In this document: positions 26,403 through 38,016 of the stretch, piece by piece
Layout: each line of letters starts with the position of its first letter
How positions within the stretch are numbered: position 1 is the stretch's first letter
Assembly: GCA_029261855.1 (NCBI GenBank)
Contig: JAJDAN010000034.1
Location: 53,953-117,952, forward strand
DNA: 64,000 nucleotides
Source: Deltaproteobacteria bacterium
GTDB lineage: Bacteria; Myxococcota_A; UBA9160; UBA4427
Direction: 5' to 3'
The notes under the pieces: generated by a model
What the model saw: only the letters and a program-made list of their open reading frames with translations
What the model was told of the DNA's origin: nothing
Databases searched by the model: none
Position numbers and translations under genes: made by a program

Positions 26403-27631
26403 CCGAGCGCTCCGGATGCCTTGATCTTCGCGATCTCGGCGGCGTCGTAGCCCAGGACCTCCGCCAGCACCCGCTCGTTGTGCTCGCCGACGGTGGGGGC
26501 CTTGCTCGGCGGAGGCAGCTCTTCTTCGAGGAACTTCACCGGGAAGGGCAGCATGTCGGCGCCGTGCTCTTCATGGGGCAGAAGCGGCAGCCGCGCCTTG
26601 AACTGCGGGTCCTCCGCGATCGTCTGGGGCGTGTTCACCGGCGCGATCGGCGTGTTCTTGTCGTTGCCGAATTCGAGCCATTCGGCACAGCTCTTCGTCT
26701 TGAAGATCTCGCGAAGCTCCTTCTGCAGCTCGCGGTTCCCGCGCGCGTGATCGGCGTACTTCGACCCGGGCCACTTGTCGAACAGGTCCATGCGTCCGAT
26801 GCCCTCGCAGAAGTTCTTCCAGAAGGCCTGCTCGGACGCCATGAAGAGCACGTGCCCGTCGGACGACTCGTACATCTGGTAGCGAACGCCTTCCTTCATG
26901 CCGGCGGTCGCAACCGCCCGACGCGCGTACCCGTCGGACTTGTTGCCCGTGACCACATCTTCCGGGCGGGCATAGGCCATGTAGCTCTCGCTGCGATACC
27001 AGTCGAAGAAGGCGGCGGAATCGGACTGCGCCACCTCGATCATGCTGCCCTCACCGGTCTCCCGGGCGCGCACCACCGCCGCCAGCACGCCGAGCGCTCC
27101 GACGAGCGGGCCGGCGTTGATCCCGAGGCTGACGTGCTCGTCGATGAAGCAAAAGCCTTCCTCGTCGTAGGCGGGCTTCACCACACCCGCCCAGGTGTCG
27201 TACGCAATGCCGTGGGACGGCATGTCGCGGTACGGACCGGTCATGCCGTAGCCCGAGATGTTGCAGAACACGAGCTTTGGGTTGACGGCGCGCAGCTCCT
27301 CGTAGCCGAGGCCCAGCTTTGCCAGAGCCCCGGGCCGCATGGCCTCGATGACGACGTCCGCGCCCCGGACCAGGTCGAGATAGATGCCCACGCCTTCCGG
27401 CGTCTTGAGGTCGAGAGTCAGGCTCTTCTTCCCGCGGTTGACGTGATAGTGGAGCAACGAAACGCCTTCGATGATCGGCCACGTCATGTCGCGCACGTAG
27501 TCGCCCGCAGGGGACTCGACCTTGATGACCTCCGCGCCGAGGTCGGCGAAGGGCGTCGTGATGGCGGCGGGTCCGAGCAGTGAACTCTCGATGACCCGGA
27601 GGCCGGCCAGGGGGGCGTTGCGCTTCGTCAT
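26399..27631 (-). CDS. CoA transferase, CaiB/BaiF family III
   Basis: Motifs LAGLRVIE, ADLGAEVIKVE, NRGKKSLTLDLK, ISGYGMTGPY and APTVGEHN. Confidence 0.93.
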   Translation of the reverse strand: MTKRNAPLAGLRVIESSLLGPAAITTPFADLGAEVIKVESPAGDYVRDMTWPIIEGVSLLHYHVNRGKKSLTLDLKTPEGVGIYLDLVRGADVVIEAMRPGALAKLGLGYEELRAVNPKLVFCNISGYGMTGPYRDMPSHGIAYDTWAGVVKPAYDEEGFCFIDEHVSLGINAGPLVGALGVLAAVVRARETGEGSMIEVAQSDSAAFFDWYRSESYMAYARPEDVVTGNKSDGYARRAVATAGMKEGVRYQMYESSDGHVLFMASEQAFWKNFCEGIGRMDLFDKWPGSKYADHARGNRELQKELREIFKTKSCAEWLEFGNDKNTPIAPVNTPQTIAEDPQFKARLPLLPHEEHGADMLPFPVKFLEEELPPPSKAPTVGEHNERVLAEVLGYDAAEIAKIKASGALG

Positions 27632-27775
27632 GCTCTCTGTGCCTCTCTCGATGCGGGCGAAAGAGGGAAACCCAGAAGGCGGGTCTTGTCGACTGCGGCG
27701 CAGCGGGCGGGTTACGATTCCCGTTCATCGTCTTCACACCCCACTACCTCCCCACCGCATCCTCCTGGAGACCCC

Positions 27776-28735
27776 ATGCCCTTCGGACCCGAAACCACCA
27801 CCGAGCAGGTGCTCGAGGGAATCGATCTCAGCGGCCGCCGCGCCCTCGTGACCGGAGCCTCCGGGGGCCTCGGAGCCGAGACGGCGCGGGCCCTCGCGTC
27901 CCGCGGCGCCCGGGTGACGATTGCCGCGCGCGATCTCGAGAAGGCCGAATCCGTCGCCGCGGGGATTCGCGCGAGCACCGCCACTCACACCGGAACGGGA
28001 GCGGTGGACGTGGCCGGGCCCCTCGAGCTGATGGATCCCGACAGCATTCGCGCATTCGCAAAGCAATGGCTCGCGGCGAACGATGTGCTCCACATCCTCG
28101 TCAACAACGCCGGCGTGATGTTCACGCCCCTCGAACGCAACGCCCGCGGTTGGGAGATGCAGTTCGCGACGAACCATCTCGGGCACTTCCTGCTCACCTG
28201 CCTGCTGGCCCCCGCGTTGCGCGCGGGTGCGCCGGCACGCATCGTCAACCTGAGTTCGGGCGGGCACCGTTTCGGAAACGTCGACTTCGCCGACCCGAAC
28301 TACGAGGAGCGCCCCTACGACAAGTTCACGGCCTACGGCCAGTCGAAGACCGCGAACGTGCTCTTCTCCGTCGGGCTGACGAAGCGACTCGCTGCAGACG
28401 GCGTGACGGCGAACGCCGTGCACCCCGGCGTGATCATGACCGAGCTCGCGCGCTACATGGACGCCGATGACATGAAGAGCCTGCAGGAAGTCGCGCCGCC
28501 GGGGGGACTGTCGTTCAAGTCGGTGGAAGCGGGCGCGGCGACGAGCGTGTGGGCCGCGACCTCCCCGGACCTCGAGGGCCGGAGCGGGCTCTACCTGCAG
28601 GACTGCCAGGTCGCGAAGCGCACCGACGAAGCAACCGGAGATGTCGGCTACGCGTCCTACGCCGTCGCCCCCGACGCCGCCGAGCAGCTGTGGGCGCTTT
28701 CCGAACGACTCCTGGGGGAGAAGTTCGACCTCTAG
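27776..28735 (+). CDS. SDR family oxidoreductase (retinol dehydrogenase/WWOX-like)
   Basis: Motifs TGASGGLG, NNAG, FATNHLGHF, YGQSK and GAATSVWAA. Confidence 0.92.
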   Translation: MPFGPETTTEQVLEGIDLSGRRALVTGASGGLGAETARALASRGARVTIAARDLEKAESVAAGIRASTATHTGTGAVDVAGPLELMDPDSIRAFAKQWLAANDVLHILVNNAGVMFTPLERNARGWEMQFATNHLGHFLLTCLLAPALRAGAPARIVNLSSGGHRFGNVDFADPNYEERPYDKFTAYGQSKTANVLFSVGLTKRLAADGVTANAVHPGVIMTELARYMDADDMKSLQEVAPPGGLSFKSVEAGAATSVWAATSPDLEGRSGLYLQDCQVAKRTDEATGDVGYASYAVAPDAAEQLWALSERLLGEKFDL

Positions 28736-28798
28736 CGGCGTGCGCGGCAGAAGGCCGCGCACGCGCAGCAAGCCGGGACCTGCGGTTCCGGCCGCTAA
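28732..28798. repeat. MITE/REP-like intergenic element, copy 2
   Basis: CTAGCGGC...GCCGCTAA; overlaps the TAG stops of both convergent genes. Confidence 0.75.
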
Positions 28799-30225
28799 CG
28801 GGACTCGTTTTCCAACGCCACGGGCAGGCGCAGCTCGGCCCGGCAGCCACGCCCGTCGTCGCGATCGCGCAGCGACAGATCCCCGGCGTGCCCCTCGGCG
28901 ATCTGCCGACTGAGCGCGAGCCCGATACCCGACCCCTCTCGTTTCGTGGTGAAGAACGGGACGAACAGATTCGCGTTGTCGGCGACACCCGGGCCGTCGT
29001 CTTCCACCCAGACATGCAGTGCGTCTCCCTTGCGGTCCCAGCCGACGCGCACACCACCCTCACCACCCTCACCGCCCCCACCGACGTCACCGACTTCACC
29101 AGTTGGCCCAGCCTCGCCGGCCTCCAGGGTCCGGGCCTCGAACGACGCGTCGACAGCGTTTCCCACGAGATTGATGAGCAGCTGGTCGAGCTGATCGCCG
29201 TCTGCTCGTATGGCGATCTCGGGACCGGGCAGCACGACCACGGGCAGTCGCGTCTCCATGCTGGCGACCCGGCGCACCCAGGCAGCGACTTCGACCCGGG
29301 CGAGGCGGGGAGGTGGCAGCTTCGCGAGCCGGGCATAGGACGCCATGATGCGTCGGAGACCCTCCGAGCGGCCGGCGATCACCTCGAGGCCCGAACGCAG
29401 ATCATCCTCCCAGTCAGCGGGCCGCGGGTCCCGGCGAAGCAGCTGCTCGAGACTTCCCGCCACGGAAGAGATCGGAGCCAGCGAGTTGTTGATCTCGTGT
29501 GACAGGACGCGCACCAGCCGCTTCCACGCGTCGTGCTCCTCTTCGCGCAGCGCCCGGCTGGCGTCCGACAGCACCAGCAGCTGGTGCGGGAACCCCCCCT
29601 GGCGGAACGAACTTCGCCGAAGCAGCCAACGGCCCGTCCCACTGGCGGGGCCGCCGAACGAGGTGAGCTCGACGGTCCGCAGGGACTCACCCTCGAGGCA
29701 GTGGTCGAGACCGAGCTCCGCCGCGCTGCTCCCCACCAGGCGCTCCGCCGGTCTGCCCAGCATGCGCTCGCCGTGATTGTTCACGACGCGCAGCCGCGCG
29801 TCCGCGTCGAAGGCGAAGATCCCCACCTCGACCTCGGCGAGCACCCTGCGCAGCAGGGCCGTGGCCTCGAGCGCTCCGAGCCGCTGCTCCTGCAGGGTCT
29901 CCGTCAGGGAGTTGATTTCGTGAAAAGCGAGTCCCAGGGCGTCACGTCCACCGTCCATGCGTCCGCGCACCGAAAAGTCGCCGTCGCGCACGGCGCCCAG
30001 CATGTTCGCGAGGGTCATCAGCGATCGTCGGACCCGCTGCCGCACCGCCATTGCGAAGCCGAGCCAGCTCGCGACCAGCAGCACACCAACGCCGAAGCGC
30101 AACGGCGGGTCCCAGTCGCCGGCGTAGACGAAGACCAGCGCCAGCACGACAGCGGGGAGCCCCCCGGTCAGCGCCAGCGCCAGGACACGACGTTCGTGGG
30201 ACGGCGGCCGCCGCAGCGTCGCCAT
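28795..30225 (-). CDS. Sensor histidine kinase (HAMP/PAS, NtrY-like)
   Basis: Two TMs; LSHEINNSL H-box; LINLVGNA; DDGPG; FFTTK..GSGIGL. Confidence 0.93.
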   Translation of the reverse strand: MATLRRPPSHERRVLALALTGGLPAVVLALVFVYAGDWDPPLRFGVGVLLVASWLGFAMAVRQRVRRSLMTLANMLGAVRDGDFSVRGRMDGGRDALGLAFHEINSLTETLQEQRLGALEATALLRRVLAEVEVGIFAFDADARLRVVNNHGERMLGRPAERLVGSSAAELGLDHCLEGESLRTVELTSFGGPASGTGRWLLRRSSFRQGGFPHQLLVLSDASRALREEEHDAWKRLVRVLSHEINNSLAPISSVAGSLEQLLRRDPRPADWEDDLRSGLEVIAGRSEGLRRIMASYARLAKLPPPRLARVEVAAWVRRVASMETRLPVVVLPGPEIAIRADGDQLDQLLINLVGNAVDASFEARTLEAGEAGPTGEVGDVGGGGEGGEGGVRVGWDRKGDALHVWVEDDGPGVADNANLFVPFFTTKREGSGIGLALSRQIAEGHAGDLSLRDRDDGRGCRAELRLPVALENESR

Positions 30226-30228
30226 GCG

Positions 30229-31595
<1,367 letters not shown>

Positions 31596-31599
<4 letters not shown>

Positions 31600-31668
31600 C
31601 TTTGAAGCTTACCCCTCACCTGCTCCGCTTACCTGTCACCCGCTCCGCTTGCGTGTCACCCGCTCCGC
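31596..31668. repeat. Four degenerate 20-bp tandem repeats spanning the permease stop to the regulator start
   Basis: TCACC recurs at 31596, 31616, 31636 and 31656; core TCACCYGCTCCGC. Confidence 0.75.
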
Positions 31669-34079
31669 AGCGCGACTGCCGGGTCCACCCGCGTGGCGCG
31701 CAGGGCGGGGAAGAAAGTCGCGAGCAGTGCCACCGTCGCCAGCAGCGCGGTGGTCCCGAGGAAGGTCAGCGGATCGCGTGTCTGCACACCGAAGAGCAGG
31801 CTCGAAAGCACCCAGCCGAGCGCAACCGCGATACAGAGGCCTGCCCCGGCTCCCATCGCTGTCGCTCGCAACCCCTGGCGCATCACCAGATGCAGCACGT
31901 CCCGGGGCCGCGCCCCGAGCGCCATCCGAACGCCGACCTCGTGGGTTCGCTGCGCAACCCCGTACGACACCACACCGTAGAGCCCGACGGACGAGAGCAA
32001 CAGCGCGAACACCGCGAAGACGCCGAACATGATGCCCCAGAGGCGCGAGACCCAGATCAGCCGCAACAACACCTCGTCCATCGACAACATGGCGTAGACG
32101 GGCAGCGAGGGGTCGATGGCACTGAACTCCGCGCGCACCGCGGGCGCGACGGCCGCCGGATCGCCCCAGACCCGCAACGCGAAGCTGACGCGTTCCGGGA
32201 CGCCGCGATCGAACGGGACGAAGACCTGCCAACGGGGCTGTCCCTCCACCCCGGCCACTTCGAACGGGCGCGACAAGTCACGCGTCACGCCGATCACCCG
32301 CAGCCACGGCTCGTCGCCGAAGCGAAGACGGCGCCCCAACGCCGACTCGCCCGGCCAGAAGCGCTGGGCCATGGACTCACTGACGACCGCCACCTCCCGC
32401 GCTGCTTCGACTTCGTCGGGTCGCGGCGCACGACCCTCGCGCAGCTCGATGCGGAAGGTGTCGAGGTAGCCGGCGGTCACCGGGAACCAGCCGGCGCTTG
32501 GGCGTTGGGCGCGCTCGACCGGCTGGCCCTCCACCTCGAAGCTGCGCATCGACAGCTCGTCCTGCGCAGGAAGATGGTTCGACGCACCGACGGCTTCGAC
32601 ACCCGGGATCGCTTCGATCCGCCGCAACGCCTCGCGTACGAAGCGCGTGCGACTGTCCGCATCCGGGTAGGCGACCGAGGTCAGGCTCACCGCCCAGGTC
32701 AGGACACCATCGCCGTCGTATCCCATGTCGGTGTCCGACATGGCGAGGTAGCTGCGGATGAGCAGCGTCGCACCGATGAGCAGGACGATCGCCATCGCGA
32801 GTTCGGCGGCGACGAGCCCCTGGGCGAGGCGACTGCTGCGGAAGCCGCGCGTCGCGCTGCGACCCCCCTCCTTGAGGACGCCCATCAGGTCGACCCGGGA
32901 CGCGCGCAATGCGGGCGCGAGACCGAAGGCGAGCCCCGTCAGCATGCAGACGCCGAAGGCAAAGGCGAGCACCTGATAGTCGGTGCCCATGAACACCCAG
33001 TAGGGGGGCTCGACGGGCGCCACGGAAAGCAGCGCCGCCGTCACCGAAGGCGCCAACAGGACCCCGATGCCCCCGGACACGAGGGCGATGAGCAGACTCT
33101 CGGTGAGCAGCTGGCGGACGATTCGAGCCCGCGTCGCGCCGAGCGCGGTCCGGAGCGCGATCTCTCGCTGCCGAGACGCGGATTGAGCCAGGAGGATGTT
33201 GGCAGCGTTCGCGCACGCGATCAGCAGCACGAAGATCGCGGCGAAAAGCTGGATGGTGAGTCCGACCCGCACGCCCGCCGGGCTCAGTCGGTCGCGGTAG
33301 TCCCGAACCTTCGCCTCCCAGCCGGCGTTGTGGAGGGGATGCCGTGCTTCGAGCTCTCGCGAAACGCGGTCCATGTCGGCCTGCGCCTGGTCGAGGGTCA
33401 TGCCGTCGCGAAGCCGCGCCGCCACCTCGAGCCGTCGCTCGCTGCGCATCGCGTCGTCGAGGGGCAGACCCAGCGGAACCCACGCCTTGGCCCATTCGGG
33501 AAAGCCGAAGCCCTCTCTCATCACGCCGACGACCTCTCGCGCGCGGCCGTCGACGAGAATGGTGCGCCCGAGGATCTCCTGATCTGCGGCGAAGCGGTCT
33601 TGCCAGAGCGCGTAGCCGAGGATCACGACATCGGTGCGCCCTTCGAGGTCCTCGTCCGCGCTGAAGACCCGGCCCAGGATTGGCGCTTCGTCGAAGAGCG
33701 GAAACAGCCCCGCCGAGACGCGGGCGCCGCGAACCCGCTCGGGACCGTCGTCTGCGCTGAGCCCGAAGTTCGTGCGCTCGAAGGCGCCGATCTCCTTGAA
33801 GGCGCGACTCTCCCGCACCCAGTCGCGGTAGTTCGGGCCGGAGACTCCGGCTTCTGCTTCCGGCAGTTCCCGCAGCACCTCGGCCACATAGACCAGCTCT
33901 TCCGGCTCGTTCCACGGAAGTGCACGGAAGACCCACGGGTTCACCGCCGAGAAGGTCGCCGTCGTCATCGCGATGCCCGTCGCGAGGCACAGCACCGCGA
34001 TCGACGTCGATCGCTTGTTGCGCAGCAAGAAGCGGAACGCGAAACGAAGATCCTGAAGCAGCTCTTCCATACCCTTCAC
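31656..34079 (-). CDS. ABC transporter permease, duplicated MacB/FtsX (ADOP-like)
   Basis: Motifs QDLRFAFR, LLIACANAAN..REIALRTALGA, QRTHEVGVRMALGA and RATRVDPAVALR. Confidence 0.93.
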   Translation of the reverse strand: MKGMEELLQDLRFAFRFLLRNKRSTSIAVLCLATGIAMTTATFSAVNPWVFRALPWNEPEELVYVAEVLRELPEAEAGVSGPNYRDWVRESRAFKEIGAFERTNFGLSADDGPERVRGARVSAGLFPLFDEAPILGRVFSADEDLEGRTDVVILGYALWQDRFAADQEILGRTILVDGRAREVVGVMREGFGFPEWAKAWVPLGLPLDDAMRSERRLEVAARLRDGMTLDQAQADMDRVSRELEARHPLHNAGWEAKVRDYRDRLSPAGVRVGLTIQLFAAIFVLLIACANAANILLAQSASRQREIALRTALGATRARIVRQLLTESLLIALVSGGIGVLLAPSVTAALLSVAPVEPPYWVFMGTDYQVLAFAFGVCMLTGLAFGLAPALRASRVDLMGVLKEGGRSATRGFRSSRLAQGLVAAELAMAIVLLIGATLLIRSYLAMSDTDMGYDGDGVLTWAVSLTSVAYPDADSRTRFVREALRRIEAIPGVEAVGASNHLPAQDELSMRSFEVEGQPVERAQRPSAGWFPVTAGYLDTFRIELREGRAPRPDEVEAAREVAVVSESMAQRFWPGESALGRRLRFGDEPWLRVIGVTRDLSRPFEVAGVEGQPRWQVFVPFDRGVPERVSFALRVWGDPAAVAPAVRAEFSAIDPSLPVYAMLSMDEVLLRLIWVSRLWGIMFGVFAVFALLLSSVGLYGVVSYGVAQRTHEVGVRMALGARPRDVLHLVMRQGLRATAMGAGAGLCIAVALGWVLSSLLFGVQTRDPLTFLGTTALLATVALLATFFPALRATRVDPAVALRSG

Positions 34080-34086
34080 CCGTCTC

Positions 34087-34809
34087 CTAGAGCGCCATCT
34101 CGGCGGCGATCGCCTCGTCGGAGTCTTCGCTCACGATCCGGCCGTCGAAGAGGTGCACGGTTCGTTCGGCGTAGCGCGCAAAGCGCGGATCGTGGGTCAC
34201 CATGCAGATGGTCGAGCCCGCGCGGTGCAGGTCGCGCAGCAGGTCCATCACGGCTTCGCCGTTCTTCGAATCGAGATTGCCCGTCGGCTCGTCGGCGAGC
34301 AGGATGTCCGGCTGGCCGGCCACTGCGCGCGCGACCGCGACTCGCTGTTGCTGGCCGCCCGAGAGCTGGGCAGGGTAGTGGCGCATCCTGTGCGCCATAC
34401 CGACCTTCGCGAGTGCCTCCTCCACGCGCTGCTTGCGCTCCTGAGCGGGCATCTTTCGATAGGTGAGGGGCAGCTCGACGTTCTCGCGCACGTCCAGGTC
34501 CCCGATCAGGTTGAAGGACTGAAAGATGAAGCCGATCCGCCGATTGCGAACCGCTGCCCGTCGGTCGCCGTCGAGGTGGGTCACGAGCTCTTCGTCGAGG
34601 CGATACTCGCCGTCGCTGGCTTCGTCGAGCAGGCCGAGGATCGAGAGCAGGGTGCTCTTGCCGCAGCCCGAGGGCCCGGCGACCGCGAGGTACTCGCCCC
34701 GGCGGATCTGCAGGTGCACGTCCGACAGGGCGTGGGTCTCGATCTCGTCGGTGAAGAAGACCTTCTTCAAACCGGACAGCTCGATCACGTTCTCGCCATG
34801 CTTCTTCAT
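34087..34809 (-). CDS. ABC transporter ATP-binding protein (MacB/LolD-like)
   Basis: Motifs GPSGCGKST, LSGGQQQR, LLADEPTGNLD and VTHD. Confidence 0.95.
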   Translation of the reverse strand: MKKHGENVIELSGLKKVFFTDEIETHALSDVHLQIRRGEYLAVAGPSGCGKSTLLSILGLLDEASDGEYRLDEELVTHLDGDRRAAVRNRRIGFIFQSFNLIGDLDVRENVELPLTYRKMPAQERKQRVEEALAKVGMAHRMRHYPAQLSGGQQQRVAVARAVAGQPDILLADEPTGNLDSKNGEAVMDLLRDLHRAGSTICMVTHDPRFARYAERTVHLFDGRIVSEDSDEAIAAEMAL

Positions 34810-34846
34810 GGATCGCTTCCCTCTATTTCGGCCGAGTCAGGCCGAT

Positions 34847-36112
34847 TCAGTTCAGATCGATGCGGTCGAAGCTGTCCCAACGGGAGGTGTCCGACACGAT
34901 CACGCGGTCGCCGGGCGCGAGTCCCCCTGTGATCTCCGCGGAGTCCGACCCCACGCGCCCGACACGGACGTTCACTCGAACCGCGGAAGACCCGCCGGGC
35001 TCGAGCTTGAAGAGCACCAGGTTCGAGTCGGCCTGGCTGAAGGCGGGACGCGAGACGAAGAGAACGTCCTCGACCCGCGCCGTCTCGATGCTGCCGTCCA
35101 CGCTCAAATCGGGGCGCGCGCCACGCGGCAGGTCGTCGCCGAGCCGGACATGCACCTCGACGCTTCCGTTCTGTACCCGCGGATCGACCCGGAAGACGCG
35201 ACCCTCCACCACTCCGTTGCGCGTGTCGATGCGACTCGGCTGCCCGATCGCCACGTCCCGGGCAAGGGTCTCCGGAATGCGCAGCACGGCCTTGAGGCCC
35301 CTCGGCTCGGCGACCTTGGCCAGGGTCTCGCCGGGCTGGACCCACTGCCCAATCTCGAGCTTCGTGTCCTGCAGGACGCCAGCCGCCCCGGCTCGCACGG
35401 TCATCGACCCCACCCGCTGACGGTGGAAGGCGGTGATCTCCTGCAGGCGCTCGACCTCTTCTTCCTGCAACGCGATCTTCTCCGCGCGGTTGAGCTCGAC
35501 CAGGGAGAGCCGCGCCTGCTCCGCCCGGTAGACCGCCTCCATCTCCTCGACGCGGTCACGCTTCTCGCTGGCCTCGATGGCCGAGACGATCTTCTTCGCG
35601 ACGAGACCTTCCGAGGCTTCCGCGTCGCGGACCGCGGCCTGATGGGCTGCGCGGGTGCGGGCCACCGACGACACCAGATCGAGGCGCCTTTCCTCGAGCC
35701 CCGTGCGCAGCTCGAGCAGCTCACCGCGTGCCGCTGTCAGCTGGCGTTGGGCATCGAGAGCTTCGAGCTCGACGTCGGGATTGCTGAGCTGCAGAATCAC
35801 CGTGTCCGCTTCGACCGACGCCCCGGGATCGAGCAAGCGCTGCTCGACCCGGCCCGCGGTCAGCGCGGTGATCCACACGATCCGCTCGGGCACGAGGGTC
35901 CCCGGTCCCCTAACGACGACCTCGAAGGTGCCGCGCCCGGCCTCGGCGACGAGCAGCGCGCGGGCGTCGACCTCGGGTGCCGCCGGCTCGAAGCCGGTGA
36001 CCCACACCGCCACGAGGACGGCGAGTGCCCCGGCGGCCACGAGGGCCGGTCCCCGTCTGCCGATCCGACCCAGGTCGCCGAGCCGCGAGCTGTTGGTACG
36101 CGGAAGATCCAT
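34847..36112 (-). CDS. Efflux periplasmic adaptor (HlyD/MacA-like)
   Basis: N-terminal TM, VRGPGTLVP, coiled-coil hairpin and beta-barrel domain GARPDLSVDG. Confidence 0.88.
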   Translation of the reverse strand: MDLPRTNSSRLGDLGRIGRRGPALVAAGALAVLVAVWVTGFEPAAPEVDARALLVAEAGRGTFEVVVRGPGTLVPERIVWITALTAGRVEQRLLDPGASVEADTVILQLSNPDVELEALDAQRQLTAARGELLELRTGLEERRLDLVSSVARTRAAHQAAVRDAEASEGLVAKKIVSAIEASEKRDRVEEMEAVYRAEQARLSLVELNRAEKIALQEEEVERLQEITAFHRQRVGSMTVRAGAAGVLQDTKLEIGQWVQPGETLAKVAEPRGLKAVLRIPETLARDVAIGQPSRIDTRNGVVEGRVFRVDPRVQNGSVEVHVRLGDDLPRGARPDLSVDGSIETARVEDVLFVSRPAFSQADSNLVLFKLEPGGSSAVRVNVRVGRVGSDSAEITGGLAPGDRVIVSDTSRWDSFDRIDLN

Positions 36113-36123
36113 ACCCGGGACGT

Positions 36124-36139
36124 TCCAAGAAGCGTGCCA
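36124..36139 (-). promoter_or_regulatory. Sigma54 (-24/-12) promoter candidate
   Basis: Minus strand TGGCAC-GCTTC-TTGGA (consensus TGGCAC-N5-TTGC with one mismatch), directly upstream of an operon encoding a sigma54 activator. Confidence 0.65.
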
Positions 36140-36202
36140 CGCGCCTCACCGCGCAAGTCTCCGGAATCGAAGCGCTTCGCTCGCGCAGTCCGCCCGCTGC
36201 AC

Positions 36203-36240
36203 TGTCCGGCCCTGGGACGCGGGTGTCCGGATCCGGACAC
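36203..36240. promoter_or_regulatory. Tandem enhancer-binding-protein sites (UAS)
   Basis: Perfect palindrome GTGTCCGGATCCGGACAC (36223-36240) and a degenerate copy TGTCCGGCCCTGGGACG 21 bp away. Confidence 0.65.
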
Positions 36241-36283
36241 CCCGCACGACTCACCAGGCCCGCCTCGGACCCGGGCACGGGGG

Positions 36284-37141
36284 TCAGTAGCGCGTGGCCC
36301 CGGGCGTGTGCGCGTAGGACAGGTAGGCGATGCGGCGGAAGCCGACGTCCATGTCGGGCGCCTCGGTGACGACGCTGCGGTCGCCGGCGAGTTCGAATTC
36401 CGGCAGAGTGGCGAGGTTCGCGCGCATGACGTCGTCCGGGGCCTCGACGAGCTCGACCTCGATCTCGTAGGGGGCGGGTTCTCCGCGATAGGGCGTGAAC
36501 TCTCCGCGTTGCGCGCGCTCGACCGCCCGACGCGCCCCCTGCTGGATGGCCTCCCGCGCGCGCGCGGGCGGAATGATCTCGCCGGACTGTCGTCCGAGGG
36601 CGCGCTTCACCTCCACGCTCTCGACTCCGGGCACGCGCTTGCGGACTTCCTCGATCACCATCTGGTCGCCGGTGATGAGTCCGATGGGCGCGGCGACCTC
36701 GCCCGCACGGATCGCGAAGAGATCCGGCTCCCCGACGCGCTGACCCGCCAGCCGGACCGTCTTGAAACGACCGCCCGACACGGTGTGCGCCATGATCCCC
36801 GGCCAGGTCCCGGCGGCGGCGTGATGGCCGACCAGGAAGACCAGGTCGACGCTCTCGTCCAGGCCGGCCATGGTCGTCGGCCCCGGCCGGCCGGCACCGC
36901 GCACGACGCTGCAGCGAGCATCGACCTCGTCGGTCAACAGGACGCACAGGTCTTCGACCCCGTGGTTCTCCTCGACGACGACCTCGCTGGCACCTGCCTC
37001 GAAGGCGCCCTCGATGGCCGCGTTGGCGTCCAGGGTCATGAGTCGCCGGTTGCGATCGAAGTCGATGCCCTGGGACGCCACGTCCATCCAGCGGACCAGA
37101 CCGGAGATCCCTTCCATGTCGACGCTCAGGAAGATCTTCAT
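36284..37141 (-). CDS. M55 family D-aminopeptidase (DppA-like)
   Basis: Motifs MKIFLSVDMEGISG, NAAIEGAFEAGA, LVGHHA..MAHT and ITGD. Confidence 0.9.
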   Translation of the reverse strand: MKIFLSVDMEGISGLVRWMDVASQGIDFDRNRRLMTLDANAAIEGAFEAGASEVVVEENHGVEDLCVLLTDEVDARCSVVRGAGRPGPTTMAGLDESVDLVFLVGHHAAAGTWPGIMAHTVSGGRFKTVRLAGQRVGEPDLFAIRAGEVAAPIGLITGDQMVIEEVRKRVPGVESVEVKRALGRQSGEIIPPARAREAIQQGARRAVERAQRGEFTPYRGEPAPYEIEVELVEAPDDVMRANLATLPEFELAGDRSVVTEAPDMDVGFRRIAYLSYAHTPGATRY

Positions 37142-37164
37142 GGGCGCGAGTGTATCATGCGGCG

Positions 37165-37998
37165 ATGGACCACTCGCGACGCACGGCTCTCGTGACGGGC
37201 GCATCTGCGGGCATCGGCACCGCGTTCGCCCACTTCCTGGCGCAGCAGGGGCAGCACGGAATGGATGTCGTTCTCGTGGCGCGACGCGAGGACCGGCTCG
37301 AGGCGGTCGCCAAGGATCTGCGCGCGCAGTACGGCGTCGAAGCCCATGTCCTGGCCGCGGACCTCGCCGACCCGGAAGCCCCACAGCGGTTGCACGCCGA
37401 GCTCGCAGCCCGGGGCATCGCCATCGACGTGCTCGTCAACAACGCGGGCTACGGACTCAAGCAAGGCTTCGCCGACGTCAGCTGGCAGGACCATGCGGCC
37501 TTCCTGCAGGTGATGGCCACCGCGCTCACGCAGCTGTGCCATCTCTTCGTTCCCGAGATGACTGCGCGCGGCTACGGACGCATCATCAACGTGGCGTCCG
37601 TGGCGGCCTTCACGCCGCAGGTCGCCGGCAATCTCTACGGGGGCGTGAAGCGCTACGTCGTCGACTTCTCGGAAGCGCTCGCCATGGAGCTCGACGGCAC
37701 CGGCGTTCACGTCTGCGCACTCTGCCCGGGCTACACCCTCACCGAGTTCCACGACGTCATGAAGGTGCGCGAGTCCATCGACGCCCTGCCGGGCTTCATG
37801 GTCATGAGCGCCGACGTCGTAGTGAGGCAGGGTTGGGAGGCCGTCGAGAGAGGTCAGGTGGTGTGCATCAACGGCTGGCTCTACAGGCTCATCGTCGCCG
37901 TGCTCCGCTACACGCCCCGATTCCTGTTGCGCGCGCTGTCGAAACGCAGCGTACTCAGACCCCAGCGCGACCCGCCAGGGTCCAAGCGAAGCGATTGA
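37165..37998 (+). CDS. SDR family oxidoreductase
   Basis: Motifs TGASAGIG, NNAG, YGGVK and LCPGYT. Confidence 0.92.
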   Translation: MDHSRRTALVTGASAGIGTAFAHFLAQQGQHGMDVVLVARREDRLEAVAKDLRAQYGVEAHVLAADLADPEAPQRLHAELAARGIAIDVLVNNAGYGLKQGFADVSWQDHAAFLQVMATALTQLCHLFVPEMTARGYGRIINVASVAAFTPQVAGNLYGGVKRYVVDFSEALAMELDGTGVHVCALCPGYTLTEFHDVMKVRESIDALPGFMVMSADVVVRQGWEAVERGQVVCINGWLYRLIVAVLRYTPRFLLRALSKRSVLRPQRDPPGSKRSD

Positions 37999-38016
37999 CG
38001 GCGTCACGGCAGCCCG

